This document shows, piece by piece, positions 1 to 7,870 of a stretch of DNA of 64,000 nucleotides. The position numbers and the translations under genes were made by a program. Within the stretch, counting starts at the first letter, position 1. Every line of letters starts with the position of its first letter. The DNA lies in contig JBAZVG010000001.1 in the NCBI GenBank assembly GCA_041661005.1, positions 671,515 through 735,514 on the forward strand, given 5' to 3'. This DNA is from Minisyncoccota bacterium. Lineage in GTDB: Bacteria; Patescibacteriota; Minisyncoccia; Phycocordibacterales; UBA9973. The notes below the pieces were generated by a model that saw only the letters and a list, made by a program, of their open reading frames with translations, searched no databases and was not told where the DNA came from.

Positions 1-2492
1 ACGCACGCCAATTTTTGAATCAAATGCCCAAACCAGATGTAGATGAAATTACTGGTCTTTCTCCAGCGATTTCGATTGATCAAAAATCTCGTTCGAACAA
101 TCCGCGTTCGACAGTGGCTACAATTACTGAAATTTATGATTACCTTCGAGTTATGTATGCGCGCATCGGACATCCGCATTGTCCAAAATGTGGAGAAGAA
201 ATTAAAAAACTTTCGAACGAAGAAATTTTAAATTTTGTTTTAGAAAAGATAGATGTTTTGAGTAAAAATTCAAAGAACAACAAAAAAATTATGGGAGTGG
301 AGTGGAATGAGATGCAAATTAATATTTTCTCCCCAATAGTGCGTGGACGGAAAGGGGAATATTATCAATTACTTTATGATTTGCTTGGAAAAGGTTTTTC
401 TGAAATTCGTCTCGATGGGGTGATGAAGAAGCTCCGTGAACAAATAACTCTTTCAAAAAATAAAGCTCACAAAATTGATATTTTAGTCGATAATTTTGCC
501 ATACACGAGTTTAAAGATAATAAAGAAAATAGTCGAATGCGTCTTTCTGAAGCGATTGAACGTGCGTTGATTGAATCTGATGGTCTTGTGACGATTTCTT
601 TTGGTAATCCGGAGCAGAAACATACTTTTTCGAATGGTCTGGCCGGGGGAGGGACCCGGGGAACCGAGGACCTGAGTAAAAAGAATGTTTCTACGGAGGA
701 GGAATTTATTATGTCCGCGAAATTTGCTTGCAAAAATGATGGTTTCTCTTTCCCTGAAGTTGAACCTCGATTATTCTCCTTCAATTCTCCGTATGGCGCA
801 TGTTCGGCCTGCAACGGTCTCGGCTCAAAATATTTTATGGGATCGGAACCTTGTGATGTTTGTCATGGTGCGCGACTTCGTCCTGAAGCCTTGAATGTTT
901 TTTTAACTGCTTCAAAAAAGAAAGTTAATATTTTAGATCTCTCTTCTTTGTCAATTGCTGATGCGCATGATTTTTTTAAAAATTTAAAACTTTCAGAACA
1001 GGAAAAAGAAATATCTGTGCCAGTGGTGCGTGAAATTGAAGCTCGACTTCAATTTATGTTAGATGTTGGCCTCGATTATCTACAGCTTTCTCGCAAGGCC
1101 AACACGCTTTCAGGCGGTGAAGCTCAACGCATTCGACTTGCTTCTCAGCTTGGTTCGCGTCTTGTTGGTGCGCTTTATGTTTTAGATGAACCTACAATCG
1201 GTCTGCATCAACGCGACAACGATCGGCTGATAACAACATTGCAAAATTTGCGGGATTTGGGCAATACTATTTTGATTGTAGAACACGATGAAGACACTAT
1301 TTACGCCTCGGATTATATTGTAGATATTGGACCAAAAGCTGGGGTGCATGGTGGAGAAGTCATTGTGTCTGGATATCTAGAAGAGTTATTAACTGCCAAC
1401 CTCGTAGGAAAAAATACTAAGTCTAGGACCCTTGGCTACCTAAGAGGTGAATTAAAAATAGAAGTTCCCAAGAAGCGACGCGATTCAAAAGGACAGTTGC
1501 GTATCGCCGGAGGAAAAATTTTCAACATAAATAATTTAAATGTTGAAGTTCCCCTCGGTGTGATGACTTCTATTACTGGAGTGTCTGGTTCCGGAAAAAG
1601 TTCTTTTATGTATGAGATTCTTTATAAAAATCTTCAGGCTCGATATGAACGCAAATATCGTTCAGCGCAGGTGTTTAATTGTTCTTCATTTTCGGGTACT
1701 GAATATCTCTCTCGCGTAATTTTGATCGACCAGTCTCCAATCGGCAGAACTCCACGTTCAAATTTGGCGACTTACACAGGTGCGTTTACCCACATTCGAG
1801 ATCTTTTTGCCACGACGGAAGAAGCACGATTGCGTGGCTGGAAAGCAAACCGGTTTTCTTTTAATGTGAAAGGTGGTCGCTGTGAAGCTTGCGAGGGAAA
1901 CGGTGAATTGGCTGTCGAGATGCATTTTTTGCCAACAGTTTATGTGACTTGCGATGTCTGTAATGGAAAACGTTTCGACAAAGAAACTTTAACGGTAAAA
2001 TACAAAAAGAAAAATATTTATGAAGTTCTGCACATGACTGTCGAAAATGGACTTGTCTTTTTTAAAGATATTCCAGCTATTTCTGATAGATTGCAAACTC
2101 TCCTCGATGTGGGGCTTGGCTACCTAGAGCTTGGCCAGAGCGCGACAACGCTCTCTGGAGGAGAGGCGCAACGGGTAAAGATATCTAGCGAGCTTTACCG
2201 TCCACACACAGAAAAAACAATCTATCTTTTAGACGAGCCGACGGTCGGACTTCATTATGACGATGTACAGAAACTTCTAGAAGTTTTAAATAAACTTGTG
2301 GTAAAAGGCAACACCGTTGTTCTCATAGAGCACAACCTTGATATTATAAAAAGCTCGGATTACATTATAGACATAGGTCCCGAAGGGGGAGTAAATGGAG
2401 GTAATTTGGTGGCCAAAGGCACCCCAGAAGAAGTGGCCAATAATTTAAAGAGTTATACGGGAAAGTATTTAAAGAAAGCTCTACGCAAATGA
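1..2492 (+). CDS. uvrA: Excinuclease ABC subunit A (UvrA), 5'-truncated by window edge
   Basis: The frame is open to position 1, so the true start lies upstream and the TTG at 15 is an ORF-caller artefact. Two ABC ATPase domains are present (Walker A 'GVSGSGKSS', signature 'LSGGEAQR' twice) with the UvrA zinc-finger cysteines. Collinear with the UvrA 'GLSPAISIDQKS...' region. Confidence 0.95.
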   Translation, partial: ARQFLNQMPKPDVDEITGLSPAISIDQKSRSNNPRSTVATITEIYDYLRVMYARIGHPHCPKCGEEIKKLSNEEILNFVLEKIDVLSKNSKNNKKIMGVEWNEMQINIFSPIVRGRKGEYYQLLYDLLGKGFSEIRLDGVMKKLREQITLSKNKAHKIDILVDNFAIHEFKDNKENSRMRLSEAIERALIESDGLVTISFGNPEQKHTFSNGLAGGGTRGTEDLSKKNVSTEEEFIMSAKFACKNDGFSFPEVEPRLFSFNSPYGACSACNGLGSKYFMGSEPCDVCHGARLRPEALNVFLTASKKKVNILDLSSLSIADAHDFFKNLKLSEQEKEISVPVVREIEARLQFMLDVGLDYLQLSRKANTLSGGEAQRIRLASQLGSRLVGALYVLDEPTIGLHQRDNDRLITTLQNLRDLGNTILIVEHDEDTIYASDYIVDIGPKAGVHGGEVIVSGYLEELLTANLVGKNTKSRTLGYLRGELKIEVPKKRRDSKGQLRIAGGKIFNINNLNVEVPLGVMTSITGVSGSGKSSFMYEILYKNLQARYERKYRSAQVFNCSSFSGTEYLSRVILIDQSPIGRTPRSNLATYTGAFTHIRDLFATTEEARLRGWKANRFSFNVKGGRCEACEGNGELAVEMHFLPTVYVTCDVCNGKRFDKETLTVKYKKKNIYEVLHMTVENGLVFFKDIPAISDRLQTLLDVGLGYLELGQSATTLSGGEAQRVKISSELYRPHTEKTIYLLDEPTVGLHYDDVQKLLEVLNKLVVKGNTVVLIEHNLDIIKSSDYIIDIGPEGGVNGGNLVAKGTPEEVANNLKSYTGKYLKKALRK
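636..678 (+). repeat. GC-rich in-frame insert in uvrA, homologous to the loop of the uvrA-uvrC intergenic hairpin (reverse orientation)
   Basis: 'ggtctggccgggggagggacccggggaaccgaggacctgag' aligns with the reverse complement of 2529-2570 ('ggtctggctggggcgcggggccccagagaaccgaggacctg'). It encodes 'GLAGGGTRGTEDL', which is absent from canonical UvrA at this point. Confidence 0.7.
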
Positions 2493-2499
2493 TAGTTTC

Positions 2500-2582
2500 G
2501 CCAGCAGAAGCATTTATTCAGGTCCTCGGTTCTCTGGGGCCCCGCGCCCCAGCCAGACCGTTCATAAATGCTTCTGCTGGCT
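2500..2582. repeat. Long hairpin element: 18-bp perfect inverted repeat (gccagcagaagcatttat / ataaatgcttctgctggc) around a 47-nt GC-rich core
   Basis: Perfect arms at 2500-2517 and 2565-2582. The core contains 'ggggcccc' and the family-1 motif. It lies between the uvrA stop (2492) and the likely uvrC start (2595); the ORF-caller ATG at 2568 sits inside the right arm. Confidence 0.8.
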
Positions 2583-2594
2583 TCACATAAATAT

Positions 2595-3968
2595 ATGAAA
2601 ATTGAATCTTTTAAAAAATCAAGATTGCCTGACAAACCAGGTGTTTATTTCTTTAAGAATAAGAAGAGTATTTTATATATCGGAAAGGCGACTTCCTTGC
2701 GGGATAGAGTAAAAAGTTATTTTGGCAAAGACCTGATTGAAACAAGGGGTCCAATACTTGTGGATATGGTTTTTAATGCGGCAAAAATTGACTGGCAAGT
2801 TACTGATAGTGTGCTTGAAGCCATAATCCTTGAAGCGAATCTAATAAAAAAATATCAGCCGAAATATAATACAAAAGAAAAATCTGACAAAAGTTTTAAT
2901 TATGTTTGCATTACAAGAGAACCTTTACCCAAGGTGGTTATCGTGCGGGGTAAAAACCTCGCCCCTTTCCATTTTTCGTCCCTGCGCCCTTCCCTTGAGT
3001 ACAAGGGCGGGACCCTCGGGAAGCTCAAAATAGAAAGGGGCTCGGTTTCATTTACTAGCATATTTGGTCCTTATACTAGCGGTTCTCAACTTCGTGAGGC
3101 GATGAAAATTATCCGCAGAATTTTCCCCTTTTTAGATGATAAAAGTAAAAATTATATGGAGTTTTATAGGCAGATAAATTTAGTGCCTGATTTGGATGAC
3201 CTGCCTCGACTAGGCAAGGCGGGTCGAAAAATGTATTTACAAAATATTAGAAATATAAAATTGTTTTTTGAGGGTAAAAAGAAAAAAGTTTTGCAAAATT
3301 TACAGAAAGAAATGAAAGAATATGCGCAAAAGCATGAATTCGAAAAAGCGGGTGAAGTGAAAAGACAAATTTTTGCTTTGCAACATATTAATGATATAGC
3401 TCTTTTAAGGAACGGAGAGCAGTATGTTCTCAAGGGAACCCTTGGTAGGAGTGGCGACGACGGACAGAGAAAATTTCCAGCAGGAAATTTTCGTGGTGAG
3501 TCTGAGAATATGCTGCTAGAAGTTTTTAAGATAGAAGCCTATGACATCGCCCACATGGGGGGCAAAAATATGGTGGGGGTGATGACTGTTGTTGAAGATG
3601 GGGAAGTAAACAAAAGCGAATACAAAAAATTCAAAATAAAAACTCAAATTAATGCGAATGACACAGGAGCGCTCAAAGAGGTTTTAGAGAGACGTTTGAG
3701 ACACACAGAATGGCCTTTTCCATCTTTAATCGTTGTCGATGGGGGAGTTGCCCAGTTAAATGTGGTAAAAACCGTCTTAAATAAAATAAGTGTAAATATT
3801 CCAGTGGTATCAGTGGTAAAGGATGAAAAACATAACCCAAAAAGTATCATGGGTAATGAAGAATTTATTTCTAAATATAAATCATCTATTTTACTTGCAA
3901 ACAATGAAGCGCACAGGTTTGCCATTGCTTACCATAAAAACATGCGCAATAAAAATTTCTTAAAATGA
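2595..3968 (+). CDS. uvrC: UvrC-like excinuclease subunit (GIY-YIG nuclease, short form lacking C-terminal HhH)
   Basis: N-terminus 'MKIESFKKSRLPDKPGVYFF...ILYIGKATSLRDRVKSYF' is a GIY-YIG motif. The start was refined to the ATG at 2595, outside the hairpin. It contains two GC-rich in-frame inserts (2941-3050 and 3439-3502). Confidence 0.85.
   Translation: MKIESFKKSRLPDKPGVYFFKNKKSILYIGKATSLRDRVKSYFGKDLIETRGPILVDMVFNAAKIDWQVTDSVLEAIILEANLIKKYQPKYNTKEKSDKSFNYVCITREPLPKVVIVRGKNLAPFHFSSLRPSLEYKGGTLGKLKIERGSVSFTSIFGPYTSGSQLREAMKIIRRIFPFLDDKSKNYMEFYRQINLVPDLDDLPRLGKAGRKMYLQNIRNIKLFFEGKKKKVLQNLQKEMKEYAQKHEFEKAGEVKRQIFALQHINDIALLRNGEQYVLKGTLGRSGDDGQRKFPAGNFRGESENMLLEVFKIEAYDIAHMGGKNMVGVMTVVEDGEVNKSEYKKFKIKTQINANDTGALKEVLERRLRHTEWPFPSLIVVDGGVAQLNVVKTVLNKISVNIPVVSVVKDEKHNPKSIMGNEEFISKYKSSILLANNEAHRFAIAYHKNMRNKNFLK
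3439..3502 (+). repeat. Family-2 64-nt element, in-frame within uvrC (copy 1)
   Basis: 62/64 nt identical to 47214-47277 in rnhA. It contains the hairpin 'gaaaattt-ccagcagg-aaattttc' and encodes 'LGRSGDDGQRKFPAGNFRGES'. Confidence 0.9.
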
Positions 3969-4450
3969 AAAAAAATACAGAAAATATTTTAATATTGCAT
4001 GATATCAGAAGTGTAGAAAATGTCGGCGCGATGTTTCGGACGGCGGACGCGGCTGGGATAGATAAAATTTACTTGACTGGCTACACATCTGCGCCACTTG
4101 ATAGGTTTGGGAGGAAAAGAAAAGATTTAGCAAAGTCGGCTCTAGGTGCGGAAGAATTTGTGCCTTGGGAACAGAAAAAAAATGTTAAATCACTGCTTTT
4201 ACAATTAAAGAAAAATAAATTTCTAATTATCGGTATCGAGCAAGATGAAAAGTCAGTTGATTATAAAACCCTTCGACTTCGCTCAGGGCAAGGAAATGTA
4301 TTTATTGTGGGTAGTGAGGTAGGTGGCATACCAAAAAATATTCTTAAAAAATGTGACATAATTGCCGAGATTCCAATGAAAGGTAAAAAAGAGTCACTGA
4401 ATGTTTCTGTTGCGCTTGGAGTGGCGATTTTCAGAATTTGCAATTTGTAA
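3965..4450 (+). CDS. SpoU/TrmH-family RNA 2'-O-methyltransferase (SPOUT)
   Basis: 161 aa. 'ILHDIRSVENVGAMFRTADAAG' and the C-terminal 'NVSVALGVAIF' are typical SpoU motifs. The start overlaps the uvrC stop (ATGA). Confidence 0.8.
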   Translation: MKKNTENILILHDIRSVENVGAMFRTADAAGIDKIYLTGYTSAPLDRFGRKRKDLAKSALGAEEFVPWEQKKNVKSLLLQLKKNKFLIIGIEQDEKSVDYKTLRLRSGQGNVFIVGSEVGGIPKNILKKCDIIAEIPMKGKKESLNVSVALGVAIFRICNL

Positions 4451-4724
4451 CTGAATTCTAATAAATGACTTGCTTTTTAAAATAATTCATGCTAAATTAT
4501 AGAAGTTACCAAGCTGGTTGCATACGCGTCAGCCCATGATAATGAAGATGCGAATTTAAAGTAGCTACCTTTGTTTCATAGGTCACTTAATCTTTAGTTG
4601 GATTAGTGAGAGGTGCCAAGCATAAGCTGGTATTTCCGGTCGATCTATTTTGGGAAAATCAGATTTGTGAGGTGCGTATGAGCGCACTTTTTTGCGTTGA
4701 TTATTAAAATAATATAAAAATAAT

Positions 4725-5909
4725 ATGCAAACAACACAAATCAAAATAAAGAAATTAGCTTCATTTAGAAAGGTTTTTAGTTCTCCATCTGGAAAAAGTA
4801 AAAACATATTTATAGCAGTAGTTAATATTCAAGATATTCCTAAGGAACTTGAAAATTGGCTTGCCATAAATCCGAGAGAAGCAACAACTTCTTCTGGGGT
4901 CAGTAAAAAGATTCAGGCTTCCTTGGTTGAACAACCAGAAGCTTTTGTTTTTAAAAACAGGGGATTGACCGTAATAACTCAAGGAATAAATTTTGACGCT
5001 ACCTCAAATACAGCTTCACTTGAGATGAGAGATCCCAAAATTCACGGGTTATTAGATGGAGGCCATACCTTTAGAGTAATTCAAAATGAATTGACAAATA
5101 CTACAGATGGCAGAGAAGATCTTAAAAATGCTTATGTAAGAATCGAATTTCTTGAAGGCTTTGATGATCTAAACGAAGTTGTCGATATTGTGGATGCTAG
5201 AAATCGATCAGCTCAAGTTAAAGAACAGAGTCTAGAAGAATTAAGAAATCATTTTGAAGCTATAAAGGAAGTTCTTAAAGATCAACCTTACGCAAACAGG
5301 ATCGCTTACAAAGAAATTGAGTTATTAGAAGACGGATCAAAAAAAGATATAGATATTAAAGATATATTATCTTATCTAGTCTGTTTTGATGCAGAAGCGT
5401 TCTCTGATACGAAGCACCCTATTTCTGCGTATTCAGCAAAAGCAACAGCACTGCGACACTACACTGATAATCGTGATCGTTTGGCTAAATATACCCCTCT
5501 TTTGCCCAAGGTACTTAAGTTGGTAGATACAATAAAGCAAGATTTACCGAAAGCCTATAATTCTCAAGGAGGCAGATGGGGTGGTCTACAAGGAGTAATT
5601 ACTGAAAAGGAAAACAAGAAAAAAATTGAGTTACCTTTTATAAGTAGTGACTCAGAATATCAAACACCTTCAGGTTTTATTTACCCAATTCTTGCATCTT
5701 TTCGCTCCCTTGTGGATGTTTCAAAAAACAAGGTAAGCTGGAAAGCAGATCCCGTCGATTTGTTTTCAGAGGTAAAAAAGATGCTTGCTGAGGCTATTGG
5801 TGAACAAGCGATAGAATTTAGGAATCCTAATAAATTAGGTAAAGATAGTGCTACATGGAGATTATGTTATGCTCTGGTTGCTCTTGAGGTTGCTAAAAGA
5901 GGATATTAA
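4725..5909 (+). CDS. Hypothetical protein with ParB/Srx-superfamily-like motif (DGxH; DGQHR/DUF262-like), possible defence-associated solitary gene
   Basis: 'KIHGLLDGGHTFRVI' resembles the DGQHR/DGQQR motif of DndB/GmrSD N-terminal domains. The gene is AT-rich and monocistronic, preceded by a 274-nt non-coding region and followed by a strong terminator. Confidence 0.55.
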   Translation: MQTTQIKIKKLASFRKVFSSPSGKSKNIFIAVVNIQDIPKELENWLAINPREATTSSGVSKKIQASLVEQPEAFVFKNRGLTVITQGINFDATSNTASLEMRDPKIHGLLDGGHTFRVIQNELTNTTDGREDLKNAYVRIEFLEGFDDLNEVVDIVDARNRSAQVKEQSLEELRNHFEAIKEVLKDQPYANRIAYKEIELLEDGSKKDIDIKDILSYLVCFDAEAFSDTKHPISAYSAKATALRHYTDNRDRLAKYTPLLPKVLKLVDTIKQDLPKAYNSQGGRWGGLQGVITEKENKKKIELPFISSDSEYQTPSGFIYPILASFRSLVDVSKNKVSWKADPVDLFSEVKKMLAEAIGEQAIEFRNPNKLGKDSATWRLCYALVALEVAKRGY

Positions 5910-5934
5910 AATTTTTCTTTATGCTACAGTCAAC

Positions 5935-5962
5935 AAAAAAGCCATCATTGATGGCTTTTTTG
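5935..5962. terminator. Rho-independent terminator (bidirectional) between convergent genes
   Basis: 'aaaaaagccatcattgatggctttttt': 8-bp stem gccatca/tgatggc flanked by A-run and T-run. Confidence 0.75.
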
Positions 5963-5972
5963 TTCTGTTGTT

Positions 5973-6935
5973 TTATTTCTGACAGTTTGGACAAAAGATA
6001 GTTGTACGAGTTTGAATGATCGTCTTTTCTAATGGTTTGCCACAGTTGGTGCACATTTTTCCAGCCTTTCCATATACTTTATGTTCTCTCGCATAATTGC
6101 CACGAGTCTCATCGAGCAGGCGATATGTGGCTACCGAAGAACCACCCAATTTTATTGCTCTTTTCATGATGCGGATTATTGCTTTATGTAATTTTTTTGC
6201 TTCTGTATTAGAGATAGAAGATGAACTTCGGTCTGGTCGGATTCTTGATTCAAACAGGCTTTCGTCTGCATAAATATTTCCTAAGCCTGTAACTATTTTC
6301 TGATCCATCAATACTGCTTTTATTTTACCTTTTTTGTTTTTCAGCGCGTCAAAAAAATATTTAGATGTAAACTTTTTTGATAGTGGTTCTAATCCATAAT
6401 TGCCGAAATGATTTTCCATCTCAAAGTCTTTAATGCTCGGATAATACAATAAGTAGCCAAACATACGAGTATCATTGTAATAAAGTGTTCCATGATTTAG
6501 TTTAAATGTTATATGAGTATGTTTATTTGGAAGTTGTTTTTCAGAAAGTTCTATCGGGTGCCCGCCTGCAACAGCTATGCTGTAAGCATTGCGGGCAGGC
6601 CCGCCAATTATTTTTTCTTCAGTTTTGCTCCGCCTTGCCGTAGCTTTGTGCGAAGGCAGGTATACGAATTGCCCAGACATTTTTAAATGTGCCAGAATAA
6701 TTTTCCCGTGGCTTAATTTAAAAATCAGATTTTTTGCCCGACGTTCGACACTAATAAATTTTTCTCCGGCAACCCCTTGGATAAATTTATTTTTCTGTTT
6801 TAAAGAAGCTATGCGCAGAGTTCCCTTGCCGGAAACGAGTTTTGGTTTTTTTATTTCTACTCGGCGAATTTTCTGACTTACAATAGTGCGGCTCAGTCCT
6901 TGACGTAGATTTTCCACTTCTGGTAATTCCGGCAT
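5973..6935 (-). CDS. mutM: Formamidopyrimidine-DNA glycosylase (Fpg/MutM) with ~25-aa in-frame insertion
   Basis: 'MPELPEVE' N-terminus and C-terminal zinc finger 'CTNCGKPL...CPNCQ'. The insertion 'ATARRSKTEEKIIGGPARNAYSIAVAGGHPIELSEKQ' precedes the conserved 'KHTHITF' and coincides with GC-rich DNA at 6555-6672. Confidence 0.9.
   Translation of the reverse strand: MPELPEVENLRQGLSRTIVSQKIRRVEIKKPKLVSGKGTLRIASLKQKNKFIQGVAGEKFISVERRAKNLIFKLSHGKIILAHLKMSGQFVYLPSHKATARRSKTEEKIIGGPARNAYSIAVAGGHPIELSEKQLPNKHTHITFKLNHGTLYYNDTRMFGYLLYYPSIKDFEMENHFGNYGLEPLSKKFTSKYFFDALKNKKGKIKAVLMDQKIVTGLGNIYADESLFESRIRPDRSSSSISNTEAKKLHKAIIRIMKRAIKLGGSSVATYRLLDETRGNYAREHKVYGKAGKMCTNCGKPLEKTIIQTRTTIFCPNCQK
6561..6599. 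repeat. Family-3 GC-rich palindromic element inside mutM CDS
   Basis: 'cccgcctgcaacagctatgctgtaagcattgcgggcagg' against copA 19317-19356 'ccccgcctgcatcagctgtgctgaaagcactgcgggcagg'. Nested hairpins cctgc/gcagg and acagc/gctgt. Confidence 0.85.
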
Positions 6936-6944
6936 ATTTGAGTT

Positions 6945-7547
6945 TTACTTATTTCCCAAAATTTTAAGAGCTTCGCGGATTTTTTTATTTGTATCCAAAT
7001 CAGAAGAAACTTTTTTCAATGCGTCACGAGCTTCATTTTGAGAATATCCTAAAGATTTGAGCGCTTCTAAAACATCCAATTCTCCCTGCAAGTAACTGCC
7101 ACCCTTCTCGTCCTTTGTCTCTTTTGCCATTTTATCTCGCAGTTCGATTACTATCTTTTCTGCCGTTTTTTTGCCAATGCCGGATATTTTTGTCAGATAC
7201 GATGTGTCGCCTGTACCTATGGCTTTACGCAGTGTTTCAACTGAAGTAATTCCCAAGATAGCGAGCGCCGATTTTGGTCCGATGCCGGATACGCCCAGAA
7301 GCATTTCGAAGAATTCTAATTCTTTGTATTCCAGAAATCCGTATAGATCTAGCGCGTCTTCTCGCACATGGGTGTGAATCCAAAATGAGACAAGATCACT
7401 TGTTTCATTTTGCCCCGAGCTTTTGCGGGGAGCAAGCTTAGACAATGTATCCGGAGACACGCTAATTTTGTACCCAATCCCAGAAGTTTCAACAATTAAG
7501 AATTTCTCTGTTTTTAATATTATTTTTCCTTTTAAACTGCCGATCAT
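6945..7547 (-). CDS. ruvA: Holliday junction DNA helicase RuvA
   Basis: 200 aa with OB-fold N-terminus 'MIGSLKGKI...', tandem HhH motifs and a C-terminal RuvB-binding domain. Confidence 0.9.
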   Translation of the reverse strand: MIGSLKGKIILKTEKFLIVETSGIGYKISVSPDTLSKLAPRKSSGQNETSDLVSFWIHTHVREDALDLYGFLEYKELEFFEMLLGVSGIGPKSALAILGITSVETLRKAIGTGDTSYLTKISGIGKKTAEKIVIELRDKMAKETKDEKGGSYLQGELDVLEALKSLGYSQNEARDALKKVSSDLDTNKKIREALKILGNK

Positions 7548-7600
7548 AGATTAATCATAGCATATTTGTGTTTTTTCACGTTTTTTGCTATATTATATAT

Positions 7601-7855
7601 ATGCCAATAACACAGTCAGCTAAAAAAGCAATCAGAGGTTCCTTGCGTAAAAAGGCTTTTAATGACAGCCGTAAGCGCGCGATGAAGGAGATAATCAAGA
7701 AAATCGAGAAAATTGCTAAGACAGACAAGAAAGAGGCGCTTAAAATGCTATCTTCGGCTTTTGCTATCATAGACAAAGCAGCTCAAAAGAACGTTATCAA
7801 GAAAAACAATGCTGCTCGCAAGAAGGCTCGTTTATCAAGATTAACCAAAAGCTAG
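7601..7855 (+). CDS. rpsT: 30S ribosomal protein S20
   Basis: 'MPITQSAKKAIRGSLRKKAFNDSRKRAMKE...'. The start was refined to the ATG at 7601, with a -10-like 'tattatat' upstream. Confidence 0.9.
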   Translation: MPITQSAKKAIRGSLRKKAFNDSRKRAMKEIIKKIEKIAKTDKKEALKMLSSAFAIIDKAAQKNVIKKNNAARKKARLSRLTKS

Positions 7856-7870
7856 ACATTTTATTTTTTA

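Noticed and set aside
43-894. Small ORFs overlapping uvrA in other frames (43-231 +, 467-814 -, 685-894 +)
   Set aside because: They are embedded in a well-supported large conserved CDS and have no motifs. They are typical six-frame noise. The same reasoning applies to the other short or antisense ORFs nested in uvrC, copA, nrdJ, hppA, glyA (52078-52671 -), SDR (52722-53357 -) and argS.
2568-2594. ORF-caller start of uvrC at ATG 2568 (MLLLASHKY...)
   Set aside because: This ATG lies inside the right arm of the 18-bp perfect hairpin. The conserved GIY-YIG N-terminus begins at the ATG at 2595 (MKIESFKK...).
4451-4724. tRNA or other small RNA gene in the 274-nt gap before the ParB-like gene
   Set aside because: I could not fold any cloverleaf and found no TΨC-like GTTCGA motif. 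Only a weak 5-bp hairpin plus T-run was found.
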